35,857 nucleotides of DNA from an uncultured Acidiluteibacter sp. (GCA_965656555.1 CBFHLF010000001.1:1-35857), one strand, 5' to 3'; positions 26,565-35,857 are shown, numbered from the stretch's first letter. Numbers and translations are program-made. Notes: generated from the letters alone by a model not told the origin.

Positions 26565-27509
26565 TTAAGCCCTACCACTTAACAGGTATAAAACAGCCAT
26601 TCGGACGGCTACTCCATTTTCTACTTGATTTAAGATGATGGAATGCTCCGAATCGGCAATATCAGAGGTAACCTCCACACCTCTATTAATCGGCCCAGGG
26701 TGCATAATGGTTATTTTCTTATTGAGTTTATTTAATCGCTCGAGCGTAAGGCCATATAAATTAGCATACTCACGAATTGATGGAAAGAACTTTACTTGGT
26801 TCCCTTCGTTTTCAGCACCTTGACGCTCTAGTTGAATACGGAGCATCATGGCTACATCGCACCATTTTATAGCTTCATCCAAACTATACTCTACTTCCAC
26901 TCCTAATGTTTCTATGTACTTTGGAATCAATGTTGGTGGACCACATACTTTAACTTTAGCACCCATTTTTTGCAAGCAATATATATTTGAAATAGCTACT
27001 CTAGAATGCGCAATATCACCTACAATTACCACTTTCTTACCTTCGAGGTCACCGAATTTTTCACGAATAGAAAATGCATCAAGTAATGCCTGTGTTGGGT
27101 GCTCATGAGTTCCATCTCCTGCATTGACGATACTTGCGTTAATGTTTTTCGATAAAAATACAGCAGCTCCTGGGTTGGGGTGGCGCATCACCACAACATC
27201 CACTTTCATGGCGAGTATATTGTTAACCGTATCGATTAACGTTTCGCCTTTAGATACAGAAGATCCACTTGCAGAGAAATTAACCACATCAGCAGACAAT
27301 CGCTTTTCTGCAAGTTCAAAAGAAAGCTTCGTTCGTGTTGAATTCTCAAAAAATAGATTGGCAATAGTAGTATCTCTTAAAGAAGGAACCTTTTTAATCG
27401 GTCGATTGATTACTTCTTTAAAATTATCGGCCGTATTGAAAATTAATTCAATGTCTTTTCTTGTTAAGTCTTTAATTCCTAATAAGTGGCGGGTCGATAA
27501 TTTTTCCAT
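26565..27509 (-). CDS. pyrB: Aspartate carbamoyltransferase catalytic subunit
   Basis: FFENSTRT, NAGDGTHEHPTQALLD, GDIAHSRV, RIQLER, HPGPINRGVE. Confidence 0.98.
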   Translation of the reverse strand: MEKLSTRHLLGIKDLTRKDIELIFNTADNFKEVINRPIKKVPSLRDTTIANLFFENSTRTKLSFELAEKRLSADVVNFSASGSSVSKGETLIDTVNNILAMKVDVVVMRHPNPGAAVFLSKNINASIVNAGDGTHEHPTQALLDAFSIREKFGDLEGKKVVIVGDIAHSRVAISNIYCLQKMGAKVKVCGPPTLIPKYIETLGVEVEYSLDEAIKWCDVAMMLRIQLERQGAENEGNQVKFFPSIREYANLYGLTLERLNKLNKKITIMHPGPINRGVEVTSDIADSEHSIILNQVENGVAVRMAVLYLLSGRA

Positions 27510-27512
27510 TCT

Positions 27513-28055
27513 TTACTCAGGGGTATATAAAATGATTTGATCTTTTCCATCGGTTTCTTTCCACTCTACTTTTACTCGCTCTTCAGCAATAGAGTCTACC
27601 TCAGTACCAATATAATTGGCTTCTACGGGCAAATGTCGGCTGTCCCTTCGGTCTACCAACACCATTAGTTCCACGAGTTGTGGTCTTCCATATGCAAGCA
27701 TTGCATCTAGGCCTGAACGAATTGTTCTTCCTGTATACAATACATCATCAATTAAGATGACTTTTTTATTTTCAATAGTAAAATCAATTTTCGTAGCATT
27801 TGGAATTAACGGATTCTCTTGACGACGGAAATCATCCCTAAAGAATGTAACATCCAATCGCCCTAAAAGAATGGTCTTATCCAAAATCTTTTCCAACTCT
27901 TTGTGGATACGTTCTGCCATATATATACCTCTCGGCTGCAGGCCTAAAATAACTGAGTCCGAAAAGTCGTGATGATTTTCAATAAGCTGATAACAAAGTC
28001 GCTTGATAGTGAGCTGTAACTTTTTGCTATCATGTATGAGGCGTTCATTAACCAT
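27513..28055 (-). CDS. pyrR: Bifunctional pyr regulator / uracil phosphoribosyltransferase PyrR
   Basis: LDVTFFRDD, VILIDDVLYTGRTIRS, LVDR..RHLP. The ATG at 28055 is preferred over the GTG at 28064 because a TATATTTG -7 element occupies 28064-28071. Confidence 0.95.
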   Translation of the reverse strand: MVNERLIHDSKKLQLTIKRLCYQLIENHHDFSDSVILGLQPRGIYMAERIHKELEKILDKTILLGRLDVTFFRDDFRRQENPLIPNATKIDFTIENKKVILIDDVLYTGRTIRSGLDAMLAYGRPQLVELMVLVDRRDSRHLPVEANYIGTEVDSIAEERVKVEWKETDGKDQIILYTPE

Positions 28056-28155
28056 ATTGGCCACAAATATAAAAATCTAAAGCGATGTTAGGTCTATTAA
28101 CGCTGCAATAATTTAAAATAAACGCTTAATTTTAACGAATCAAATATTATTATCT

Positions 28156-28671
28156 ATGTTAACAGAACGATTAGAAGACGCACTTAATAAACAAGTAAGA
28201 ATAGAAGCTGAATCATCTCAGGTATATTTAGCTATGGCATCATGGGCTGAAGTTAAAGGACTTGAAGGAGTTGCAGCATTTATGTACATGCATTCAGATG
28301 AAGAAAGACAACACATGCTTAAGTTAGTTAAATACATCAATGAGCGTGGCGGACATGCAACTGTTTCTGATTTAGCAGCACCAAAAACAGCTTATGGCTC
28401 ACCAAAAGAAATGTTTGAGTTATTATTTAAACATGAGGTAATGGTATCACAAAGTATAAATGACTTGGTTGCGATCACGCTTGAGGAGAAAGATTATTCA
28501 ACACATAACTTTTTACAATGGTATGTAGCTGAGCAAATTGAAGAAGAAGCACTTGCAAGAACAGTATTGGATAAAATAAATCTAATTGGAGACGATAAAG
28601 GTGGACTTTACTTGTTCGACCGTGATGTTAAAACACTTACTGTTGAACCTGCAGGAGCTGAAGGAGCTTAA
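28156..28671 (+). CDS. ftnA: Non-heme ferritin
   Basis: LNKQVRIEAESSQVYLAMASW, HSDEERQHMLK, HEVMVS, FLQWYVAEQIEEE ferroxidase ligands. Confidence 0.96.
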   Translation: MLTERLEDALNKQVRIEAESSQVYLAMASWAEVKGLEGVAAFMYMHSDEERQHMLKLVKYINERGGHATVSDLAAPKTAYGSPKEMFELLFKHEVMVSQSINDLVAITLEEKDYSTHNFLQWYVAEQIEEEALARTVLDKINLIGDDKGGLYLFDRDVKTLTVEPAGAEGA

Positions 28672-28689
28672 TTATTTTTAACAGCGTTG

Positions 28690-28722
28690 CTTATTTAGAA
28701 TGATTTTAAATAAGTATTTTTG
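28690..28722 (+). promoter_or_regulatory. Palindromic operator (Fur-box-like) abutting a -7 promoter element
   Basis: CTTATTTAGAAT-g-ATTTTAAATAAG (28690-28714, 11 of 12 pairs) immediately followed by TATTTTTG (28715-28722), 12 nt before the ATG at 28735. Confidence 0.7.
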
Positions 28723-28734
28723 AACCGTCAATAA

Positions 28735-28887
28735 ATGGTGGTGAAAAAAAAGAAACTCATAAAAGCACATAAAAAGGAACTCAAGAAACTCAACTTGAAA
28801 ACCAAGTGCTGCGATAAATACAAAAAGGGCAAAGCTTGCGGGCGTTGCCCTTACATGTATCTATTAAGAGAGGAGCGAGTAGCTTAA
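28735..28887 (+). CDS. Small Lys-rich, Cys-motif protein (50 aa), putative [2Fe-2S] or metal-binding
   Basis: Manual translation: MVVKKKKLIKAHKKELKKLNLKTKCCDKYKKGKACGRCPYMYLLREERVA*. Shorter than anything in the ORF track; has its own promoter motif and fills the intergenic gap. Confidence 0.78.
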   Translation: MVVKKKKLIKAHKKELKKLNLKTKCCDKYKKGKACGRCPYMYLLREERVA

Positions 28888-28941
28888 TCATCTACTTACT
28901 CTTATCATCCCAATTAGCTTATATTTAAAACGCTTAGGATA

Positions 28942-29235
28942 ATGCGATTACCTTCATTTTTTAAAAGTAGACAACCCAAACAATTTGAGTTCACTCCTCG
29001 CTATTACAATGAGTCAAAAGAAGCCATGCAAGAGCGCAGAGCGCGCATAAAAGCAGAGCTAGAACGTGAACGAGGAGCAAGCATAAGTAATTATAGTAGT
29101 GATCACTTAAGAGGTTCCTTAAAACAGCAATGGCAAAGCAATAAGAATACATCTAGCTTTTCAAAAAAATCCAACAGTAGAATTCTATTGATTCTTGTTT
29201 TACTTTTTGGACTCGCATACATGGTGTTAAAGTAA
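28942..29235 (+). CDS. Hypothetical protein with a C-terminal membrane anchor
   Basis: FEFTPRYY motif and a terminal hydrophobic helix; from recall, similar proteins precede mutL in Bacteroidetes. Confidence 0.8.
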   Translation: MRLPSFFKSRQPKQFEFTPRYYNESKEAMQERRARIKAELERERGASISNYSSDHLRGSLKQQWQSNKNTSSFSKKSNSRILLILVLLFGLAYMVLK

Positions 29236-29291
29236 GTTAGTACTCCCCTATTTTTGTAGGAAAATGAGGCTTAAAAGCCTGTTCATTTTTG

Positions 29292-29299
29292 TATTTTTG
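29292..29299 (+). promoter_or_regulatory. -7 element (TATTTTTG) for the mutL operon
   Basis: TAnnTTTG about 35 nt upstream of the mutL ATG. Confidence 0.55.
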
Positions 29300-29334
29300 C
29301 ACACTTAACGCTTTTCTTTTTACACTCATCATTC

Positions 29335-31194
29335 ATGTCAGATATTATACAACTTCTTCCCGACTCCGTAGCCAATCAAATTGCTGCAGGTGAAGTTGTT
29401 CAACGTCCCGCATCAGCGGTTAAAGAATTATTAGAAAATGCTATTGATGCCGGTGCGACAGAAATTACACTCATCATAAAAAACGCCGGTAAAACGCTTA
29501 TTCAAGTTATTGATAATGGCAAAGGCATGAGCATTACAGATGCTCGTATGGCATTTGAACGCCATGCAACGTCCAAAATAAAGTCAGCTGACGACTTATT
29601 TGCACTCCGAACCATGGGATTTAGAGGTGAAGCCCTTGCTTCTATCGCCGCAATTAGTCAAGTGGAGTTGCGCAGTAAACAAGCCAATGAAGATCTTGGA
29701 ACACGATTGATTATTGAAGGCAGTGTAGTAGATTCGCAAGAGCCATGCTCCTCAAGCGTAGGATCTAACTTGAGCGTAAAAAATCTATTCTTTAATGTTC
29801 CTGCAAGAAGGAATTTTTTAAAGAGTAACCCAGTAGAGACGAAACACATCATAGAGGAGTTTTATCGTGTGGCAATGGTACACCCTGATATTGCCTTCAA
29901 AATGTATGCGGAAGACAATGAGTTATTCAACCTGATTAAGGGCAGTTTCAGGCAACGAATCGTCGGAATATTTGGAGATAAATACAACCAGCGACTGGTT
30001 CCTGTTGATGAAGTGACCGACATTGTAAGTGTTAGTGGGTTTGTTGGAAAACCTGAATACGCAAAGAAAACAAGAGGAGAACAATACTTCTTTGTGAACG
30101 ATCGATTCATTAAAAGTCCTTATTTAAATCACGCAATACAACTTGCTTTTGACGAGCTAATTACAAAAGACCAACACCCCTCTTATTTTTTAAAATTAGA
30201 AATTGATCCGGCAAGGATCGATATCAATATACACCCAACAAAAACAGAAATAAAATTTGAAGATGAGCGCTCGATTTATGCCATTATTCGAACTTCTGTA
30301 AAGCAAGCATTAGGCAAATACAACATTGCGCCAAGCTTAGATTTTGAGCAGGAAACAAGCTTCACCGCATCACATGCAGCGCCGGATCAAGTAAAGGTTC
30401 CTACGATCGATGTTAATCCCAATTTTAACCCTTTCGAGACCACTCAAAAGCCGCCGAAACCCGCTGTTCATTATCCAATGGACTACAAAAAGGAGAAAGT
30501 CGATACCAATTGGCAGTCCCTATATTCTCAGCAAGATTTTGAAAAAGAATCACCTAACTTTGAAAGCACTGAGCCTGAAGTAACGAATGTAATTACGGCC
30601 AACTGGGATGAAGCTCCAACACAACACAACCATAAGATGGTACAGTTGCACCAACGGTATATCATGACACAGATTAAATCTGGTGCTGTTATTATCGATC
30701 AAGCGCGGGCACACGAACGCATACTTTACGAGCGTTTTGTAAAAGCATTTAATGATAAGAACCATGCGAGCCAACGGTTGCTATTTCCTGAAACTATAGA
30801 GTTTGCGCCAACTGACTTTGCGCTGATGAATGGACTAATTGAAGAAATTAACCAGTTGGGATTTGAAATTAATGAGTTTGGTAAAAATACCTTTGTTGTT
30901 AATGCTGTTCCTGTGGAGCTAACAGAAAGCAACCTCGCTGATTTATTAGAAAAACTACTGGATCAATTTAAATTGCATAATGATGATTTAAAGTTGGACA
31001 AACGAGAAAGCCTTGCACGCTCGTTGGCACATAATACTGCGATTAAAAGAGGTAAACTATTGCATGAGGCAGAAATGCAAAACCTAATTGATGAGCTATT
31101 TGCTTGCGAAGCACCTAACACACTGCCCAACGGCAAACCCATCGTAATTACATACAGTATCGATGAACTTGATAAACGATTTCAACGCTTATGA
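29335..31194 (+). CDS. mutL: DNA mismatch repair endonuclease MutL
   Basis: NQIAAGEVVQRPASAVKELLENAIDAGA, GFRGEALASI, DINIHPTKTEIKF, DQARAHERILYE. Confidence 0.98.
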   Translation: MSDIIQLLPDSVANQIAAGEVVQRPASAVKELLENAIDAGATEITLIIKNAGKTLIQVIDNGKGMSITDARMAFERHATSKIKSADDLFALRTMGFRGEALASIAAISQVELRSKQANEDLGTRLIIEGSVVDSQEPCSSSVGSNLSVKNLFFNVPARRNFLKSNPVETKHIIEEFYRVAMVHPDIAFKMYAEDNELFNLIKGSFRQRIVGIFGDKYNQRLVPVDEVTDIVSVSGFVGKPEYAKKTRGEQYFFVNDRFIKSPYLNHAIQLAFDELITKDQHPSYFLKLEIDPARIDINIHPTKTEIKFEDERSIYAIIRTSVKQALGKYNIAPSLDFEQETSFTASHAAPDQVKVPTIDVNPNFNPFETTQKPPKPAVHYPMDYKKEKVDTNWQSLYSQQDFEKESPNFESTEPEVTNVITANWDEAPTQHNHKMVQLHQRYIMTQIKSGAVIIDQARAHERILYERFVKAFNDKNHASQRLLFPETIEFAPTDFALMNGLIEEINQLGFEINEFGKNTFVVNAVPVELTESNLADLLEKLLDQFKLHNDDLKLDKRESLARSLAHNTAIKRGKLLHEAEMQNLIDELFACEAPNTLPNGKPIVITYSIDELDKRFQRL

Positions 31195-32006
31195 ATTTCC
31201 AACGACAATCCTTTTTAAGTAATATACCTGAGGTAGTTAAAAATTTACTCATCATTAACGTGATTATGCTATTGGCTACCATGGTAATGGAAAGTAGAGG
31301 GCTGAGCTTAAACAACATGCTTGGGATTCATCATTATTCTAGTCCGGAATTTAAGCCCTACCAATTGGTAACCTATATGTTTATGCACGGTGGCTTTACC
31401 CATCTATTTTTCAACATGTTCGCACTATACATGTTTGGAAGGGTACTAGAAACCGTCTGGGGTCCTAAACGATTCTTATTGTATTACATGGTCACGGGTG
31501 TAGGAGCTGCTTTGGTCAATATGACTGTTCAGTCTTTTGCATTGAGTGGTATGGAAGAGGCTGTGAATTATTATGTTCAGAACCCTACTCCATCCAATTT
31601 TGAGTTATTTTTAGATGATTATGGTGGCGGTGGAAATTACATGCAGTTTATCGCTGATTTTACGGAAAATGCACAAAATAATGAATACATAGCAGCTACA
31701 ATAGAAAAAGCGCAACAGATGTTAATTGCTACCCGAGATATGCCTACAGTAGGAGCATCAGGATCTGTATTCGGTATACTACTGGCCTTTGGAATGTTGT
31801 TTCCAAACACACAATTAATGCTTTTAATTCCTCCAATCCCTATTAAAGCTAAATATTTTGTCATCATTTATGGTGCGCTAGAATTGTACTCAGGTATTAG
31901 CAATAACCCTGGAGATAACGTTGCACATTTTGCCCATCTTGGTGGTATGCTATTTGGCTTTTTCTTAATACAATACTGGAAAAAAGACACAAGTAATTTC
32001 TATTAA
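31191..32006 (+). CDS. Rhomboid family intramembrane serine protease
   Basis: TYMFMHGGFTHLFFNM, VGASG (catalytic Ser), AHFAHLGG (catalytic His). Confidence 0.95.
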   Translation: MNFQRQSFLSNIPEVVKNLLIINVIMLLATMVMESRGLSLNNMLGIHHYSSPEFKPYQLVTYMFMHGGFTHLFFNMFALYMFGRVLETVWGPKRFLLYYMVTGVGAALVNMTVQSFALSGMEEAVNYYVQNPTPSNFELFLDDYGGGGNYMQFIADFTENAQNNEYIAATIEKAQQMLIATRDMPTVGASGSVFGILLAFGMLFPNTQLMLLIPPIPIKAKYFVIIYGALELYSGISNNPGDNVAHFAHLGGMLFGFFLIQYWKKDTSNFY

Positions 32007-32010
32007 ACAT

Positions 32011-32910
32011 ATGAGTAAGTTTTCGTTTAGTCAGCTGACCCAAAAATATAAAGATGCAGATGCATCTACTCGACTGATTTACATTAATGTAAGTGTATTT
32101 CTTATCATACATTTAATAGGTCAGATTCTATGGCTCTTTAATGTAACTGATAGAGGCACATCATTAGTTGATCAATTTTTTGCAGTCCCTACTAGCATTG
32201 GTAATCTCATTTATCGCCCATGGACTATATTCACCTATATGTTTATGCATACCGGCTTACTGCACTTGCTTTTCAACATGGTAGCCCTTTATTATAGTGG
32301 AAAGTTATTTAGTCAATTTCTTGGACAAAAGAAAATTTGGAGCGTATACATCAATGGTGGAATAGCAGGAGCATTATTATACATCCTTTCTTACAATTTA
32401 TTTCCTGTATTTGGTGATGCCATCAGTGTTTCTAAAGCTATAGGAGCTTCCGCCTCCATTATGGCTATTATTGCCGGAATTGGGACTTATATGCCCAATA
32501 TGCAAGTACGATTGTTCTTCTTAGGCAATGTAAAACTAAAATGGATTATTATTTTTTTAGTGGTCGTAGACCTATTAAGCATTAGCCAGAGTAATAGCGG
32601 TGGTCATATTTCACATTTAGGAGGAGCGTTGTTCGGGTATTATTTTGCGATTCAATATAAAAAAGGAAAAGATATCAGCAATTGGGTTTGGCCTGTTGCA
32701 GCATTTTTTCAACGTTTATTCTCATTTAAAGGAAAACCCAAATTTAAAGTAAAGCATAACTCAGGTATTCCAAAATCAGATTATCAATACAATGCTCAGA
32801 AAAAAAAGAATCAAGATCAGCTAGATGCAATTTTGGATAAAATTTCTAAGTCAGGTTATGATAGCTTAACGAAAGAGGAAAAGAACTTTTTATTCAAACA
32901 AAGCAAATAA
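32011..32910 (+). CDS. Rhomboid family protease with a C-terminal DUF6576-like tail
   Basis: TYMFMH...HLLFNM, IGASAS, GHISHLGG, LDAILDKISKSGYDSLTKEEK. Confidence 0.94.
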   Translation: MSKFSFSQLTQKYKDADASTRLIYINVSVFLIIHLIGQILWLFNVTDRGTSLVDQFFAVPTSIGNLIYRPWTIFTYMFMHTGLLHLLFNMVALYYSGKLFSQFLGQKKIWSVYINGGIAGALLYILSYNLFPVFGDAISVSKAIGASASIMAIIAGIGTYMPNMQVRLFFLGNVKLKWIIIFLVVVDLLSISQSNSGGHISHLGGALFGYYFAIQYKKGKDISNWVWPVAAFFQRLFSFKGKPKFKVKHNSGIPKSDYQYNAQKKKNQDQLDAILDKISKSGYDSLTKEEKNFLFKQSK

Positions 32911-33173
32911 TGGGGTTCAGTCCATTTAAGTTTAAATATTCTCGCATCGTTTACGGGTTTATCTTTCTATTTCTAGGAATACTGTTTGCTCTTTTACCAA
33001 TGATTCCATTAGGCTACTTTTTTCTTTTTGGAAGTCTACTTCTTTTAGCCAAAAAAGTACCCGCCCTTAATAAATGGATCCGATGGCTGAAAATCAAAGA
33101 TAAATCAGGTCGTTTAAAAAAAGTTGAACATCGTCTCAATAGCTTTTTTGGAGAAGAAGATGAAACTTATTGA
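32910..33173 (+). CDS. Small membrane protein
   Basis: Hydrophobic hairpin (LGILFALLPMIPLGYFFLFGSLLLL) with a basic tail; TAATG coupling to the upstream stop. Confidence 0.72.
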   Translation: MGFSPFKFKYSRIVYGFIFLFLGILFALLPMIPLGYFFLFGSLLLLAKKVPALNKWIRWLKIKDKSGRLKKVEHRLNSFFGEEDETY

Positions 33174-33276
33174 TCAAATAGCGAGCTTAGGTCAGCCTTT
33201 ATAAATGGATGATTAAATTAGGGTTCATTTTTTAAATTTAGTTTATCTTACACGTTTTTATTGATTTATAAAAACT

Positions 33277-33978
33277 ATGGACACATCAGAACAGCCAATC
33301 ATATTAGATAATTCAAAAAATGCTAAATGGGCTCAACGTTTAATATGGGTAGTTATGGTGATCGATCTGATTGGGCTATTTTCATCATATTTTCAATATG
33401 AATTGCTCATTGCTGTTCAAAATCAAGAACTTGTAACGCAAGAGGCTGCAGACGCAAATGACCTTAGAGAGCAAATAATAAGTATTATCTATTTAGTAGC
33501 CTACCTCACTTCGGCTGTCTTCTTTATTCGATGGTTTAGAAATGCTTATTTGAACCTTTCAAAACGAACGGTAATTAATAGCAGTATCAGCATGGCCATT
33601 TGGGGGTGGATCATTCCAATTGTTTCAGTCTTTAAACCCTATCAAATAATGAAAGAGATGTGGACTGACTCTTGTTTGAAAATTCGCTTAAAAGAACCTG
33701 CTTATGCGGAGCCATCAACTACGATCATTGGCTTGTGGTGGTTCTTTTGGTTAGTCACCAATGTGATAGGAAATAACATCTTTAAATACACACTTAAAAG
33801 TGAAACAATTGCTGATTATCTTAACCTGACCATTGCAGACATGGCACTTTCTTTTTTGAGTGTACCAATGGCGATACTCGCTTACTTAATGATTGAACAA
33901 TACAACGAAATTGAACGTAAACTAGCCACCATTGAAGAAGGTGAGATTAATGAAATAGTTGATCAACCGTTGGTTTAA
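33277..33978 (+). CDS. DUF4328-like membrane protein
   Basis: FIRWFRNAYLNL, WGWIIPIVSVFKPYQIMKEMW, LWWFFW. Confidence 0.85.
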   Translation: MDTSEQPIILDNSKNAKWAQRLIWVVMVIDLIGLFSSYFQYELLIAVQNQELVTQEAADANDLREQIISIIYLVAYLTSAVFFIRWFRNAYLNLSKRTVINSSISMAIWGWIIPIVSVFKPYQIMKEMWTDSCLKIRLKEPAYAEPSTTIIGLWWFFWLVTNVIGNNIFKYTLKSETIADYLNLTIADMALSFLSVPMAILAYLMIEQYNEIERKLATIEEGEINEIVDQPLV

Positions 33979-34106
33979 TTCTGTGTAATTAGGTAATAAT
34001 TAGTTTAAAGTATTTTTATTTATATCAACAGCCTTTATGTCGCTAAAAGTGATTTATTATTTTCAATAAAGGAAGCCTGAAATATACATTAATACTTAAT
34101 CTCCAT

Positions 34107-34502
34107 TTAAATTTTAAATCGACTGTCTAAGCTATATTTCCCGGGACCTGCAAGCAGTAATGTGAGAAATGCCACAAAATAAACCAATCCTAATTCCTGT
34201 TTCGCTAAGGAGTCTCCACCATGCACAATAAAGACCGCTACTCCCATAGTTATCAATAGAGGAATGGTAGCAAATCGGGTAAATAAACCAAAAACAAGTA
34301 AAACAGGGCAAAACACTTCAGCAAATACGGCTAAGCTATAGCTAACTTCAGCACTTACACCTAATGGATCAGGAAAACTCGAAAATGCCTTTTCAAAATT
34401 AAGCACCTTTGGCCATCCATGATTTAAAAGCAGGAGCATCGAAAATGAAAAGCGCATTAGCAAAAGTGATAAATCAGCAAACTTTAACGGATAATTTTTC
34501 AT
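34107..34502 (-). CDS. DoxX family membrane protein
   Basis: LLLMR...HGWPK, FPDPLG, AEVFCPVLLVFGLFTR, GPGKYSLD. Confidence 0.93.
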   Translation of the reverse strand: MKNYPLKFADLSLLLMRFSFSMLLLLNHGWPKVLNFEKAFSSFPDPLGVSAEVSYSLAVFAEVFCPVLLVFGLFTRFATIPLLITMGVAVFIVHGGDSLAKQELGLVYFVAFLTLLLAGPGKYSLDSRFKI

Positions 34503-34864
34503 TAGTCGATGTAGTCTTTTTTAATAACCAATGCATAATTATTGTCGTCTAACTTGAGGTACCCCTGATCGTAAACGTATTTATAGATACTCCCATTTTT
34601 GGTAATGTATTCACTCGTGAAATAACTAAAGTTAAATCCTTTGGCTTCCATTTTGCTTGAAGTCGTTCTTGATTTTCCATGGGGATTTAATTCTTCAAGA
34701 ATTCTTCTATTTTTTCGAAGGATGTAGTTGATATTACGCACAGTGTTATTAGTATCCTTGTTTTGTCGGTTGTTGAAGGTGTTTCTGCACTGGTCAGAAC
34801 AGAACTTTTTATCGATTCTACCTTCGAATTCTTCTTTACACTCTTCACATTTTTTTACCACCAT
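34502..34864 (-). CDS. Zn-ribbon-containing conserved hypothetical protein (DUF2116-like N-terminus)
   Basis: CEEC...GRIDKKFCSDQCRNTFNN, LRKNRRIL, GFNFSYFT. Confidence 0.85.
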   Translation of the reverse strand: MVVKKCEECKEEFEGRIDKKFCSDQCRNTFNNRQNKDTNNTVRNINYILRKNRRILEELNPHGKSRTTSSKMEAKGFNFSYFTSEYITKNGSIYKYVYDQGYLKLDDNNYALVIKKDYID

Positions 34865-34983
34865 CTGATAAAAATAATAAAACTCCTAAAATGAGTAAAC
34901 TAATTACTGACTTATCTTGATTTTACATCTCATCAATTTTAGTTCTCACAAAACCTATTATCTTCGTCTTCCTAATCTGTATT

Positions 34984-35857
34984 ATGGCTAAAAGCACATC
35001 ACTTTCTGAAACCAAAGGGTTACTGGGATTAACAGCAACAATGGTTATTGGTTTCCTGATTTCTTTTTTACTCACTGCATTTCGACAAGACCTTTCTTCA
35101 GATGATTTTTACTTTGCAGAATATCTATACAATAATAGTATTTGGGAGAGTGTGCAAATTGAGCGCGATACGTGGAATAGTCGATGGGCCTCATTACTAC
35201 TCAACTTTTCGCTACTATCATTACATAACTCAACTTCTATTTTTCTACTAACTTATAGCATATTGAACATTTCTTTGGCTTATTTAATTGCTAAACAATG
35301 GTCAAAAGGATATGCTAATCCCATCATAATATCAGGATTCCTTACGTACTTTATTTTCATAGGCACTTTCGATATTGGGGAAGTATGGTTTTGGCTCTGC
35401 AGCACTACAGCCTATCTCACTTCTACTCTGATGCTGGTATATATTTTTCAATCACTAAAAGATAGAATCTCCATCTCTTTAGGTCTGTTATTCATCCCTA
35501 TGATTGTTTACATTGGCGGGAGCAGCATGCCTATAGCACTGGTAGCACTATTTCTATTATTAAAAAGTCTAGTCAATCAATTAAAAGGAGATCAACAAAA
35601 TATTCAGTGGATGGTGTTGTTTACTGTTACTCTATTAATCAGCTTGTTATATCTCCTAAACGGACAAGGAAGCTATAAACGTCAGTTAGCCTTTGATATG
35701 GTTCCCTTGATGGATTTACCATTTTTACACATAAAATTGGTAGTATTGATACTTTGGAAGACCATAATACCTAAGACACTATTTTTATTGGTCATTGGAA
35801 CTCCATTCCTCTTCTTACCATCAAATCTTCCTCCTAATTCTGCGGGTAAACTAACAG
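34984..35857 (+). CDS. Polytopic membrane protein, DUF6056/GT-C-like; truncated by the window end
   Basis: Manual translation from ATG 34984: MAKSTSLSETKGLLG...QDLSSDDFYF...RDTWNSRW...EVWFWLCSTTAY. TM helix followed by a DD motif and WxxR, many TM segments; frame open to the end. Confidence 0.7.
   Translation, partial: MAKSTSLSETKGLLGLTATMVIGFLISFLLTAFRQDLSSDDFYFAEYLYNNSIWESVQIERDTWNSRWASLLLNFSLLSLHNSTSIFLLTYSILNISLAYLIAKQWSKGYANPIIISGFLTYFIFIGTFDIGEVWFWLCSTTAYLTSTLMLVYIFQSLKDRISISLGLLFIPMIVYIGGSSMPIALVALFLLLKSLVNQLKGDQQNIQWMVLFTVTLLISLLYLLNGQGSYKRQLAFDMVPLMDLPFLHIKLVVLILWKTIIPKTLFLLVIGTPFLFLPSNLPPNSAGKLT

Noticed and set aside
28690-28714. Palindrome read only as the ferritin terminator
   Set aside because: The stem is almost all A/T and sits directly against a -7 motif, so an operator fits better, though a dual role is not excluded
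1013-32112. Short ORFs antisense to or nested in long genes (e.g. 1013-1222, 1443-1676, 3972-4238, 7511-7747, 9025-9450, 9991-10188, 14742-14927, 19333-19515, 22446-22640, 24000-24182, 26330-27822, 29658-30932, 31637-32112)
   Set aside because: Shadow ORFs on the opposite strand of well-supported genes, with no recognisable motifs
25214-32910. STAS-rnz coupling and tandem rhomboids after mutL as novel systems
   Set aside because: From recall these are common conserved gene orders in Bacteroidetes, so not unusual

Overview
35.9 kb of AT-rich, gene-dense chromosomal DNA from a Bacteroidetes, probably Flavobacteriales. This is inferred from T9SS cargo proteins with type A and type B C-terminal domains, TAnnTTTG -7 promoter motifs and the pyrR-pyrB-STAS-rnz and mutL-rhomboid-rhomboid gene orders. 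Most of it is housekeeping: cyclophilin, aldo/keto reductase, MarC, SUI1/YciH, TIGR02757, Dus, Lrp plus methionine gamma-lyase, acyltransferase, Nudix, a dihydroorotase-like protein, RNase Z, ferritin, MutL and DoxX. I saw no tRNA, rRNA, CRISPR array, transposase or integrase. Four things stand out beyond the ORF track. (1) A 50-aa ORF with a CC-x8-C-x2-CP motif lies directly behind ferritin, preceded by a palindromic Fur-box-like operator abutting a -7 promoter; it is a candidate ferritin-associated mini [2Fe-2S] protein analogous to Bfd. (2) A 174-bp, 93% identical direct repeat of the 3' end of the large PKD/T9SS gene flanks a single self-contained T9SS beta-helix gene, like an integrase-free insertion cassette. 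(3) There is a frameshifted, internally deleted outer-membrane beta-barrel remnant. (4) The dihydroorotase homolog has lost its Zn ligands (PyrC'-like). All family assignments come from motif recognition, not from database searches.
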